The notes beneath the pieces were generated by a model. The model was not told where the DNA came from. It searched no databases and worked only from the letters and a program-made list of their open reading frames with translations. A stretch of DNA of 64,000 nucleotides. It comes from Limisphaerales bacterium. GTDB taxonomy: Bacteria > Verrucomicrobiota > Verrucomicrobiia > Limisphaerales > UBA11358. Of this stretch, positions 35,437 to 44,651 are shown piece after piece; within the stretch, counting starts at the first letter, position 1, and every line of letters begins with the position of its first letter. Location of the stretch: assembly GCA_003161635.1 (NCBI GenBank), contig PMOA01000155.1:23768-87767 (forward strand). Direction: 5' to 3'. The translations under genes were made by a program, and so were the position numbers.

Positions 35437-35528
35437 AAAACTGTGCTGATTCCGAAAAATTCAGGAGCGGGAGGATACCCCAGAAACGCGGCGAGTAAAG
35501 TGAATTCCAGCGTCCGGTTTTGGTTTGG

Positions 35529-35693
35529 GCGCATCCGCGCACTGACCCTGGAGCGCGGCTGTGTCCCGCAAAGCGGGACCAGCCGCAGCAGCTTCGCAAA
35601 ACCAGCCTGCTGGAATACGCCTGATGCCGCAGAGCTTTTCCACGTGCTGCGGCTGGTGCTTTGCACCCAGCCGCGCTCCAATCCGGATGCGCC
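35529..35693. repeat. Family C structured element, second copy, immediately upstream of pgk
   Basis: Three nested stems: ggcgcatccg/cggatgcgcc, tggagcgcggctg/cagccgcgctcca (13 bp perfect) and accagccgcagca/tgctgcggctggt (13 bp perfect). A side hairpin gtcccgcaaagcgggac is also present. Confidence 0.85.
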
Positions 35694-36018
35694 CTTTTGA
35701 TTTTTCCCGGCAGTTTCAACCGGTTTGATTGGGTTTGATTCAGTTTGATTCCTGTCCATTGACCAAGCACTCGCGGTGTTGGCGGTTTAGCGCATCAAGC
35801 TGCAAGCAGCTCGCAACCGTGGACGTACCGCGGACGACAATTCTCCCTCTCCGTAACCCCTCGCCCGTCGGACGGGAGAGGGTGCCGAAGGCGGGTTGTG
35901 TGTGAGCGGATTGTTGCTGACGCTTTTCATCCCAGAAACCGCTGGTTCTAGTCATCAAGTCTGGCCTGGGGAAAACACCCCATAGCGCCCGCAAGATAAA
36001 ATGGTAATTTAAGCAAAA

Positions 36019-36144
36019 ATGGATGCTGCCCGAGATAATGGCGATGAACTAAACACACGGAAACTTGAGCTTTATAAAAGCTTGGCCATCGGTCTGCTAG
36101 CCTTCATGGTCACTTTTGTCCTTTTAAGATGGGTCTTATTTTAA
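36019..36144 (+). CDS. Candidate 41-aa small membrane peptide (unsupported beyond ORF shape)
   Basis: ATG ORF MDAARDNGDELNTRKLELYKSLAIGLLAFMVTFVLLRWVLF sits in an AT-rich pocket of a ~990-bp gene-free gap. Polar N-terminus and a single C-terminal TM. No obvious Shine-Dalgarno sequence. Confidence 0.2.
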   Translation: MDAARDNGDELNTRKLELYKSLAIGLLAFMVTFVLLRWVLF

Positions 36145-36426
36145 GACCTCCTCCACACGCGACCACCCCGACACGCTCCGCCGGTTTCTTCCGGCCCACT
36201 TCGACCCTCGCCATTTGATTTCTCCTGCGGCCCATTTCTTTAACGCTCAACCTTCAACCCCTCGTCGCGCCAAAGTGTAACGACGGCGGATCAACCTTCA
36301 ACCAGTTTATCCAGCCCATGCGACAAAGGCTGGTGCCCGGTTTGCGTTTATGGGATAAGAGCATGGCCCAAAACCGCAGCGAGTTCATTCTGGCGCGAAC
36401 GCCGCGCGCGGACATAAACTGACCGT

Positions 36427-38754
36427 ATGACGACCCTTCAACCACGCGAAACCCGCCGCGCCTTCCTCAAAAAAAGCGCCGCCGCGACCGTCATGTTCGC
36501 CGGTGTTGATTTCATCGCGCTGGCCGCGAGCGCGACGAAGGATGTTTCTGTTTCCACCAAGGCCGGTCCGGGCGGCCTGCTCCCGTGGTATCGCCGCGCC
36601 TTGCGCTGGGGACAGACGAACATCACGGAGATTGACCCGCAACGATACGACATCGCCTGGTGGCGGCAACACTGGAAACGCACGCAGATTCAGGGCGTCA
36701 TCATCAATGCCGGCGGCATTGTTGCCTATTATCCCAGCAAGTTTCCGCTGCATTATCGCGCCGCCGCGCTCGGTGACCGCGATCTTTACGGCGAACTCGC
36801 CCGCGCCGCGCACGAGGACGGACTGGCCGTGCTCGCCCGCATGGATTCCAATCGCGCGCATGAGGACTTTTATCGCGCGCACCCGGATTGGTTCACCCTG
36901 GACGCCGGCGGCCAGGCGTATCGGAACACCGGCCTCTACGTCACGTGCGTCAACAGCCCTTATTATGACGAATACATTCCGTCCGTGCTCCGCGAAATCA
37001 TCGAGCGCTCGCACCCGGATGGAATCACGGACAACAACTGGAACGGCCTGGAGCGCGACAGCATCTGCTACTGCGAAAATTGTCAGCGCAAGTTTCACGA
37101 GCAGGCCGGCCAGCCGGTCCCGCGCGCGAAGAATTGGGGCGATCCGGTCTATCGCCAGTGGATCCAGTGGAACTACGCGCGCCGGCTCGAAGTCTGGGAC
37201 CTGTTCAATCGCACCACGCGCTAAGCCGGCGGACCGCATTGTCTCTGGCTCGGAATGAACAGCGGCACGATTCCCGCCCAGGCCCAGAAGTTCCGCGATT
37301 ACAAGGCGATCTGCGAGCGGTCGGAGATTGTGATGCTCGACGAGCAGGCGCGGAATGACGCCACCGGATTTCAGCACAACGGCGAGGCGGGCAAGTTGAT
37401 CCACGGCCTGCTCGGCTGGGACAAACTCATTCCCGAAAGCATGGCCATGTATCAGGCGGGCCGGCCCCAGTTCCGGCTGGCCAGCAAACCTGATGCCGAA
37501 GCGCGGCTCTGGATGCTGGAAGGTTTCGCCGGCGGCATTCAGCCGTGGTGGCACCACGTCGGCGCGTATCAGGAAGACCAGCGCATGTTCCGCACCGCCG
37601 AACCGGTCCTTCGCTGGCACGCGGAGAACCAACAATACCTGATCAACCGCCGGCCCATCGCCACGGTCGGGTTGGTCTGGTCGCAGTCGAACACCGACTT
37701 CTACGGACGCGACAATCCCGACGAACTGGTCGAACTGCCCTGGCGCGGCTGGACCAACGCGCTGGTCCGCGCCCGCATTCCCTACCTTCCGGTCCACGCG
37801 AACCACATCGCGCGCGACGCGGACCAGTTTTCAGTTCTCATTCTGCCCAACCTCGCCGCCCTGTCCGACGCCCAAGTCGAAGCTGTCCGGCGTTTTGTTG
37901 AACGCGGCGGCGGCCTCATCGCCACGGGCGAAGCCGGTCGCTGCAATGAATCGGGTGAACCGCAACCCGACTTCGCGCTGGCGGACGTGTTCGGCGCCCA
38001 CATCATCAGCGGACAACCCGCCTCCGCCGATTCCACCATGCGCCGTTGGGCGGCGGAGACGCAACACACCTACCTGCGGCTGACGCCGGAACTGCGCGCG
38101 CGCGGCCCGGGACCGAAGACCGGAGACGAACCGGCGGTGGCCGGCGAACGGCACCCCGCCCTGAAAGGTTTTGACGAGACGGACATTCTCCCCTTTGGCG
38201 GCATGTTGGAACCGCTGCGCGTGGACGGCGGAGCAACCATCCTGGCGACGTTCATTTCCGCGTTTCCAAGCTCCCCACCCGAGGCCGCCTGGATGCGCCA
38301 GCCGCGCACGGACATCCCGGCGCTCATCGTGAACGAGGCCGGCGGTCACGGTCGCGTGGCTTTCCTGCCCGCGGACCTCGACCGCCGCTTCGGGCGCGAC
38401 AACCTGCCGGACCACGCCAACCTGCTGGCCAACCTCGTTCGCTGGACGGCGCGCGACAATTTCCCGTTGCAAGTCGAGGGCGCAGGATTTTTGGACTGCC
38501 ATTTGTATGAGCAGCCGGGGCGGCTTGTGTTGCATCTGGTCAACCTCACGAGCGCGGGCACGTGGCGCGCGCCGGTGGATGAGTTGATCCGCGTGGGTCC
38601 ATTGAGCGTGCGTGTGCGGCTCCCGGCCGGCGTGCGCGGCAACCGCATCCAGCTCCTCGTTTCAAAACGTTCGACGAAAGCCGCGGTAAAGAACGGGTGG
38701 ACCCGCTTTGATCTCCCAACGATTCTGGACCACGAAGTCGCGGTGATTGGCTGA
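36427..38754 (+). pseudogene. Tat-exported GHL6 / beta-galactosidase-trimerisation-domain-like glycoside hydrolase interrupted by one in-frame TAA (37222..37224)
   Basis: ORFs 36427..37224 and 37255..38754 are in the same frame. They are separated only by TAA plus 10 sense codons (..LFNRTTR*AGGPHCLWLGMNSG..). Twin-arginine signal RETRRAFLKKSAAA. Confidence 0.6.
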
Positions 38755-38941
38755 AGCCATGACCCTGCAGTTCGGTTTTTAACGCAACCCGTCGCGCCAG
38801 AATCAAATGAAAGCGGATGAAGACGGAAGCAGCGCGCTCGCTGCGCGGCTATCAGCGTCAATCTTCGTGTCTTTGCGTCTTGGTTGTTGAATTCAACACC
38901 TCATACCATTTCCCGATAATAATCGGCACCTATTCCAGACG

Positions 38942-38998
38942 GTAGGGCCGCGTTGCTGCGTGGCCATCATACCCGGCGGCGCAGCAGCGCCGCCCTAC
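38942..38998. repeat. Family G GTAG-headed palindrome (GTAGGGCCGCGTTGCTGCG ... CGCAGCAGCGCCGCCCTAC)
   Basis: 19-nt imperfect inverted arms; overlaps the GH27 stop. Confidence 0.75.
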
Positions 38999-40728
38999 CC
39001 ATTGCACCGATTGTCTCTGGGAATTGGTATCACAGAAAGAGAAAGGGCTTGGTTTGGAGAATGCAGCCGAAGCAAAGTGCAGCCGTGCGGTGGCAGTTCC
39101 ACAACGAAGTTTTCCTGCCGGCCCAAATCCTGACGCAGCCATAAATCACGGACTTCGGGCGCGGACAAAAATCCCAGATTTCGCCAGGGAAAATTGACTT
39201 TCACCGGCTGGGCGGAACGGTTGAAAAATCCGACGGCGAATGAGCCGTCCGCCAGTTCCTTCATCCACGTTTCGACGACTTGCGGCGGGCCAGTCATCCG
39301 GCGCGCGGCGCGTCCAAGCGAATCCTGGTTCACCGCCAGCACTTCGGGATTCGAGAGAATGGCGGTCGTCCAGTCGTCGTTATCCGGCAAATTCATGCCG
39401 AGCATGAGCGGCGATGGCGCGAGCGCCCAGAGCGACATGAGGGTGAGCTGCTCATCACGGGTGAAGCGCGTCCAGCGGCCGGGATGCACGTCACAGTTCC
39501 GCTGACAGATGTGACCGAACGGAATCATGTCGCCGTCCGGCCAGTGTCCTGGTCCGCCGTCGTCGTACCACGCGGCAAACAGGCCGAAGTTGTGGTCGAG
39601 CGACGGCCAGTTGTCCCAGAAATCGCCGGAGATGCGCCACAGGTTGGCGAATTGTTTCACGTGCGGCCCGGCATTCACCGGCGTGGCGCCGGGTGAAAGA
39701 CTCAAAACAATCGAGCGGCCGGAATTCTTCAGGCTGGTGGAGAGCGCTTCAATTTCCGCTGCGTCGTAAAATTTGCCGCGGTGGAGATTCGCGATGTCGT
39801 CGCATTTGATGTAGTCCACGCCCCAATCGGCGTATTGCCGGGCGATGCTCGCATACCATGCCCTGCCCGCTTCCGTCGTGGCGTCCACGCCGAACATGTC
39901 GCGGTTCCAGACGCAGGTGCGATTGGTGTCGCCTTCCGGCAGGACCGCCTGCGCGGCGGTGAATTTCGAGCCGGCGATCGGCAGATTTTGTTCAACGGCC
40001 TGGCGCGGGATGCCGCGCATGATGTGGATGCCGAATTTCAAACCCAGCGCGTGGATTTTGTCCGCCAGTGGTTTGAACCCCGCGCTCCCGCAGAGCGGGA
40101 CGGCGGACGGAAAGCGGTTGGTGGGCGGGACGCAACGGCCAGATTCGTCAATCGTCACGCCCTCGGGATTTTGCACCCGCACACCATCAGCCAGACGATC
40201 ATACCAGCGAAAATCAATCACCACCGTGTCCCAGCCCAGCGGTTGAAGATGTTCCTTGAGCCAGGCAGCGTTGGCGAGCACTTCGGATTCGATGACGGAA
40301 TCGCCGAAGGCGTCGTAACTGTTCCAGCCCATAGACGGCGTGAGCGCAAGTTTATCGCCGCAAACAATTTTGATTTCCGTTTCAGTTTTTCCGGCGGAAT
40401 TTTGGGCAGCAGCTTTGAACCGGTATTCGCCGGCAGACTTGAGCGAACCGATGATGATTCCGGTTTTTGAATCGAGCGACAAACCGGCGGGCAGATTGTC
40501 CACGGTGAAACTCATGGGCCGTTCACCACTCACGGCCAGCGAATGCAAAAACGGCGTGCCGGGCCGGACGCCGACGACCATCGCCCCATTGAAATGCGGC
40601 GCGGCGCCGGGTTTGGTGGCGGCGATGATTTGTTCCTCGCGCGCGGTGAGATTGGTGTTCGGCGAAAGCACCTGGGCGTTCAGAACATTCGCCGCCAAGA
40701 ACAGAAGGAAAATTCCTGCGGACTTCAT
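38995..40728 (-). CDS. GH27-family glycosidase (alpha-galactosidase / possibly beta-L-arabinopyranosidase) with N-terminal Ig-like domain
   Basis: Signal peptide and a putative Ig domain (FTVDNLPAGLSLDSKTGIIIG). The PSMGWNSYDAF GH27 motif and YIKCDD are present. Confidence 0.75.
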   Translation of the reverse strand: MKSAGIFLLFLAANVLNAQVLSPNTNLTAREEQIIAATKPGAAPHFNGAMVVGVRPGTPFLHSLAVSGERPMSFTVDNLPAGLSLDSKTGIIIGSLKSAGEYRFKAAAQNSAGKTETEIKIVCGDKLALTPSMGWNSYDAFGDSVIESEVLANAAWLKEHLQPLGWDTVVIDFRWYDRLADGVRVQNPEGVTIDESGRCVPPTNRFPSAVPLCGSAGFKPLADKIHALGLKFGIHIMRGIPRQAVEQNLPIAGSKFTAAQAVLPEGDTNRTCVWNRDMFGVDATTEAGRAWYASIARQYADWGVDYIKCDDIANLHRGKFYDAAEIEALSTSLKNSGRSIVLSLSPGATPVNAGPHVKQFANLWRISGDFWDNWPSLDHNFGLFAAWYDDGGPGHWPDGDMIPFGHICQRNCDVHPGRWTRFTRDEQLTLMSLWALAPSPLMLGMNLPDNDDWTTAILSNPEVLAVNQDSLGRAARRMTGPPQVVETWMKELADGSFAVGFFNRSAQPVKVNFPWRNLGFLSAPEVRDLWLRQDLGRQENFVVELPPHGCTLLRLHSPNQALSLSVIPIPRDNRCNG

Positions 40729-40793
40729 GATTGTATTTTGACCGGCGCCGGATGTTGATTCATCCGGCGCCAGAAAGACCCGTCAGCAAACGG

Positions 40794-42620
40794 CTATCCC
40801 CGGAAGTAGAGGTAACCGCCCAGGATGACAACCAACACAAAGATGGAGGCGGCCACTTCCAACTTACCCCAACTCTTGGCGCTCTCGGTGCGGTGTTCGT
40901 CCGTGACCGTGCCGAACGAGAGGTTCTTGATCTTATTGTAGTCGGGGGCCGACGTCATATAACTCACCACGACCATGACCACCGCGGAGATGATGGTGAT
41001 GAGAATGCTGAAGTACTGGAAGTTGATGTTATTAATGATCCAGAGGAAAGAGCCATGGGGATAGCCCTTGGCGATGGTCTTCGCGGCGTCCTCGTAGCCA
41101 AACGACCCCAGCGTGATCGGTGTGTCCACCAGCATACGGAACAGGCCAACGACAAAGCCGATAACCATGGCCCACAGGCAGCCTTGGGCATTGAGGCGTT
41201 TCCAGAATACGCCAAAGAAGAAGACCACAAAAATCGGCGGGGCCAGGTAGCCCTGGATGGATTGCAGATAACCGTAGAGGCCGTGTGCTCCCTGAACGAC
41301 CGGGATCCACGCCATGGCGATGAGCACCATCGTGGTGGTGGCAATGCGGCCCATGCGGACGATTTCATGTTGCGATGCCTTAGGTCGCAGCTTTTGGTAA
41401 ATGTCCACCGTGAAGAGCGTCGAACAGGCGTTGAACACACCGGCGAGCGAACCCATCAACGCGGAAAGCAAACCGGCGACGACGAGGCCGCGCAATCCCG
41501 GCGGCAACAGATATTGCACCAGCATGGGAAAGGCGCCCTGCGAACCCGGGCCATTGGGGTCGTTGAACGCGGTCGTCAGTTCGGGGATCTTGCCGCTCTT
41601 GGCGAGCGCGTAACAAATCAGGCCGGGGATTATGAACAGGTACACCGGGAACAATTTCAAGATGGCGGCAAAAATACTGCCACGGCGGGCGACCTGTTCA
41701 TTGGGCGCGCCGAGCACGCGCTGGACGATGTACTGGTCGGTGCACCAGTACCAGAGACCGATGACCGGCGCGCAGATGGCCATGCCCAGCCAAGGGAAGT
41801 TCTGGTTGAAATACCACGCTTCCTTGACAATCTGCCCGGCGTCGTTTTTCACCAGCACCGGGGCCCAGGAGGATTCCACGCCCGCCGGGATGAGCGGTTT
41901 CCAGAGGTTGAACATGTCCGAGCCGCAAATGCTTCTCAGTTCACCCCAACCGCCGAGTTTCATAAGCCCGTAAATGGTCAGCGAGGCGGAGCCGAGGATG
42001 AGCACGGTGACCTGGACGGCGTCGTTGTAGGCCACGGCGCGCATGCCGCCCAACGCGGTGTAAAGACCGGTGAGCGCAATCACCAGCACCGACCCAATCC
42101 AGAAACTGTTGATGGCGCCAATGTGCAGTTCCGGCAACAGGGTGGCGAACACCACGCCGCCGGCGAAAATGCCCACGGCGATCTTCGACACGATGAACGT
42201 GACCAGCGAGACGATGGAGAGGACGTAACGCGAGCCGGCGGAGAAGCGGCGCTCCAGAAATTCCGGCATGGTGAACACGAGCGAGCGGGCGTAAAACGGC
42301 ACGAATACCCAGGCGAGTACCAGCAGGCACCAGGCATGAAACTCGTAATGCGCCATCGCCACGCCGTCCTTGGCCCCGGAACCGGCCAGCCCGACGATGT
42401 GTTCCGAGCCGATGTTGGACGCGAAGATGGACGCGCCGATGATCCACCAGCTGAGGTTGCGTCCGGCGAGAAAGTAATCCGCTGCGGTGTCCTTGCGCCG
42501 CTTGATGACCCACCAGGCCACGCACGCAAGGATGCCGAAGTAGAGCGCGATTGCCAGCCAGTCGATCCCGATCAGGGTGGTGCCCCCAATGGCGGCGAAG
42601 AGAGGAGTCAGAGGTTTCAT
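40794..42620 (-). CDS. Sodium:solute symporter family (SGLT-like) sugar transporter
   Basis: ORF 40794..42872; the start at MKPLTPLFAAIGG (42620) removes the overlap with galM. YFLAGRNLSWWIIGASIFASNIGSEHIVGLAG is an SSF signature. Confidence 0.85.
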   Translation of the reverse strand: MKPLTPLFAAIGGTTLIGIDWLAIALYFGILACVAWWVIKRRKDTAADYFLAGRNLSWWIIGASIFASNIGSEHIVGLAGSGAKDGVAMAHYEFHAWCLLVLAWVFVPFYARSLVFTMPEFLERRFSAGSRYVLSIVSLVTFIVSKIAVGIFAGGVVFATLLPELHIGAINSFWIGSVLVIALTGLYTALGGMRAVAYNDAVQVTVLILGSASLTIYGLMKLGGWGELRSICGSDMFNLWKPLIPAGVESSWAPVLVKNDAGQIVKEAWYFNQNFPWLGMAICAPVIGLWYWCTDQYIVQRVLGAPNEQVARRGSIFAAILKLFPVYLFIIPGLICYALAKSGKIPELTTAFNDPNGPGSQGAFPMLVQYLLPPGLRGLVVAGLLSALMGSLAGVFNACSTLFTVDIYQKLRPKASQHEIVRMGRIATTTMVLIAMAWIPVVQGAHGLYGYLQSIQGYLAPPIFVVFFFGVFWKRLNAQGCLWAMVIGFVVGLFRMLVDTPITLGSFGYEDAAKTIAKGYPHGSFLWIINNINFQYFSILITIISAVVMVVVSYMTSAPDYNKIKNLSFGTVTDEHRTESAKSWGKLEVAASIFVLVVILGGYLYFRG

Positions 42621-42655
42621 GGTTTGTGGTCGGGTTTGGGTTTGGCAGTCAGGGG

Positions 42656-43810
42656 TTATCGGGTGGAGAACCTGTAAATGATGGTGTTCTGATAGGTCTC
42701 GCCGGGCTTCAACTCCGTGGTGGGAAACATCGGTTTGTTCGGTGAATCCGGATAGTGCTGCGGTTCCATGCAGAAGCCGGTGCGCCGCTGATAAACCTTG
42801 CCGGCCTTGCCGGTGATGGTGCCGTCGAGGAAATTGCCGGCATAGAACTGCAGGCCCGGCTCGGTGCTCCACACTTCCATGACGCGGCCGGTGGTTGGTT
42901 CATAAACGCGCGCCTGGAGGCCGAGTTTGCCCATCGGTTTGTTGATGACCCAGTTGTGGTCGTAACCGGGGCCGTACTGAAGTTGCTGGTCGGGGTCGTT
43001 GATCCGCGCACCGATGGCGGTGGGCTTGCGGAAGTCGAACGGCGTGCCATCCACGGGCGCAAATTCGCCGGTCGTGATCAATTCCTTGTCCACGGGCGTG
43101 GTTTTGTCCGAGTTGATATAGACTTCGTGGTCGAGAATGTCGCCGTTCCCCTGCCCGGCCAGGTTGAAATACGAATGATGCGTCAGGTTGCAGACCGTGG
43201 GTTGGTCCGTCGTGGCGGTGAAGTTCAGACGCAGTTCGTTGTTGTCAGTGAGGGTATAAACCGCCGTCACCTTGAAGTTGCCGGGGAAGCCTTCCTCGCC
43301 GTCCTTGCTGAAATAGGTGAGTTGCAGCGCGGGACTGTCGGCGGTCATGAGTGAGGTTGCTTTCCAGACCACCTTGTCAAAGCCCTTGATGCCGCCGTGG
43401 AGCGAGTTGGGGCCGTTGTTCGTCGCCAGCGTATAGGTTTTGCCTTCGAGCGTGAATTTGGCGCCGCCGATGCGGTTGCCGTAGCGGCCGATGAGCGCGC
43501 CGAAGTACGGAGTGGCCTTGAGATAGCCGTCCAGATCATCGTAGCCGAGCACGACATCGCCGAGTTTACCGTTTTTGTCCGGCACTTTGAGCGACTGGAC
43601 GATGCCGCCGTAGGTCATGATGCGCGCTTCCATTCCCTTGGTGTTGCGCAGGGTGTAAATTGCCACCGGCGTGCCGTCCGGGGTATTGCCGAAGGGAGCT
43701 TGGCTGATGGTTCCGCTTGGGGTTGGGTTTGACATGGAGGCGCAGCCTATAAGACAGGCGGCACCCAGTCCAGCCGATGTTAACATGACGAATTGTGTGA
43801 TTTTTTTCAT
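42656..43810 (-). CDS. galM: Aldose 1-epimerase (mutarotase), predicted lipoprotein
   Basis: Lipobox LIGC at the N-terminus. Aldose-epimerase blocks NGPNSLHGG, THHSYFNL and FCMEPQHYPDSPN. Confidence 0.85.
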   Translation of the reverse strand: MKKITQFVMLTSAGLGAACLIGCASMSNPTPSGTISQAPFGNTPDGTPVAIYTLRNTKGMEARIMTYGGIVQSLKVPDKNGKLGDVVLGYDDLDGYLKATPYFGALIGRYGNRIGGAKFTLEGKTYTLATNNGPNSLHGGIKGFDKVVWKATSLMTADSPALQLTYFSKDGEEGFPGNFKVTAVYTLTDNNELRLNFTATTDQPTVCNLTHHSYFNLAGQGNGDILDHEVYINSDKTTPVDKELITTGEFAPVDGTPFDFRKPTAIGARINDPDQQLQYGPGYDHNWVINKPMGKLGLQARVYEPTTGRVMEVWSTEPGLQFYAGNFLDGTITGKAGKVYQRRTGFCMEPQHYPDSPNKPMFPTTELKPGETYQNTIIYRFSTR

Positions 43811-43828
43811 TGGGGATCTCCGGTTGTT

Positions 43829-44521
43829 TTATTTCTGCCCGTAATATGCTTTCGGGCCGTGTTTGCGCAGGAAATGTTTGTCGAGCAGCACGGATTGCAT
43901 CGGCCCGGTTTTCGGATTGATGCGGAGCGTTTCGCTCGCCAGCCGCGCAATAAATTCGAGCACCGTCGCATTATGCACCGCTTCATTCACATCCCTGCCC
44001 CAGGTGAACGGACCGTGGCTCGCCACCAGCACGGCGGGATGCTGCATCGGATCGAGATCCTTGAAAGTATCAATAATGACCCGGCCGGTGTTCGCTTCGT
44101 AAGCGTCCTTGATTTCTTTCGACGTCAACGAGCGCGTGCAAGGCACATCACCGTACCAATAATCAGCCTGGGTCGTGCCGTAAGCAGGAATTCCTTTGGC
44201 CGCCTGTGCCCAGGCCGTGGCGTAAAGGCTGTGCGTATGCACAATCCCGCCGATGTTTTTAAAAGCGTGGTAAAGCGCCAGATGCGTCGGCGTGTCGGAG
44301 CTGGGTACGAGATAGCCGTCAACAACTTTGCCGGTTTCCAGCGAAACGACGACCATGTGATCCGGCTTCATGCCGTTGTATGGCATGCCGGACGGTTTGA
44401 TGATGATGAGGCCGCGTGCGCGGTCAATGCCGCTCGCATTGCCCCAAGTCTGTAACACCAGACCTTCCTTCACCAAATCAAGGTTGGCCTGGCAGACCTG
44501 TTTTTTTAGTTGTTCAAGCAC
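43829..44521 (-). CDS. araD: L-ribulose-5-phosphate 4-epimerase
   Basis: ORF 43829..44587. A GTG at 44521 gives (M)LEQLKKQVCQANLDL, colinear with the E. coli AraD N-terminus MLEDLKRQVLEANLAL. The upstream codons are repeat-derived. Confidence 0.85.
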   Translation of the reverse strand: MLEQLKKQVCQANLDLVKEGLVLQTWGNASGIDRARGLIIIKPSGMPYNGMKPDHMVVVSLETGKVVDGYLVPSSDTPTHLALYHAFKNIGGIVHTHSLYATAWAQAAKGIPAYGTTQADYWYGDVPCTRSLTSKEIKDAYEANTGRVIIDTFKDLDPMQHPAVLVASHGPFTWGRDVNEAVHNATVLEFIARLASETLRINPKTGPMQSVLLDKHFLRKHGPKAYYGQK

Positions 44522-44536
44522 GGGATCAAAGAGAGT

Positions 44537-44646
44537 TGAAATCCGAAGTGCGAAATCCGAATCAACCCCGCACGCGCCGGCGCGCATCCGGGTTTCGTCC
44601 CGCTCTGCGGGATTTCGGGCTTCGACATTCGGATTTCGGACTTGAG
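44537..44646. repeat. Intercistronic (araB-araD) palindromic element with GAAATCC-type heptamer arms
   Basis: The left arm is gaaatccgaagtgcgaaatccgaatc and the right arm is gatttcgggcttcgacattcggatttcggacttgag. The centre holds the gcgcgccggcgcgc palindrome and the gtcccgctctgcgggat hairpin. Confidence 0.8.
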
Positions 44647-44651
44647 TGTAT

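Noticed and set aside
37222-37224. In-frame stop as selenocysteine or pyrrolysine recoding
   Set aside because: The codon is TAA, not TGA or TAG. No SECIS-like hairpin requirement applies. A nonsense mutation or sequencing error is the simpler reading.
36385-37806. Long shadow ORFs: 36385..37806(-), 40731..42677(+), 45639..47765(+), 47930..49222(+), 51818..53038(+), 3388..4617(+), 4690..5937(+), 127..1245(-), 33463..34434(+), 11555..12415(+)
   Set aside because: Each lies antisense to, or out of frame with, a gene carrying strong family motifs. All show Arg/Gly/Ala/His-rich shadow-frame composition.
42621-42872. Long N-terminal extensions of tracked ORFs: 42872 (SSF), 9276 (URO-D-like), 44587 (araD), 25452 (serS), 53596 (giant protein), 31360 (bundle protein), 25887 (leuD), 32924 (SBP)
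   Set aside because: The extensions overlap neighbouring genes or are encoded by repeat elements. Internal starts restore colinearity with known family N-termini or signal peptides.
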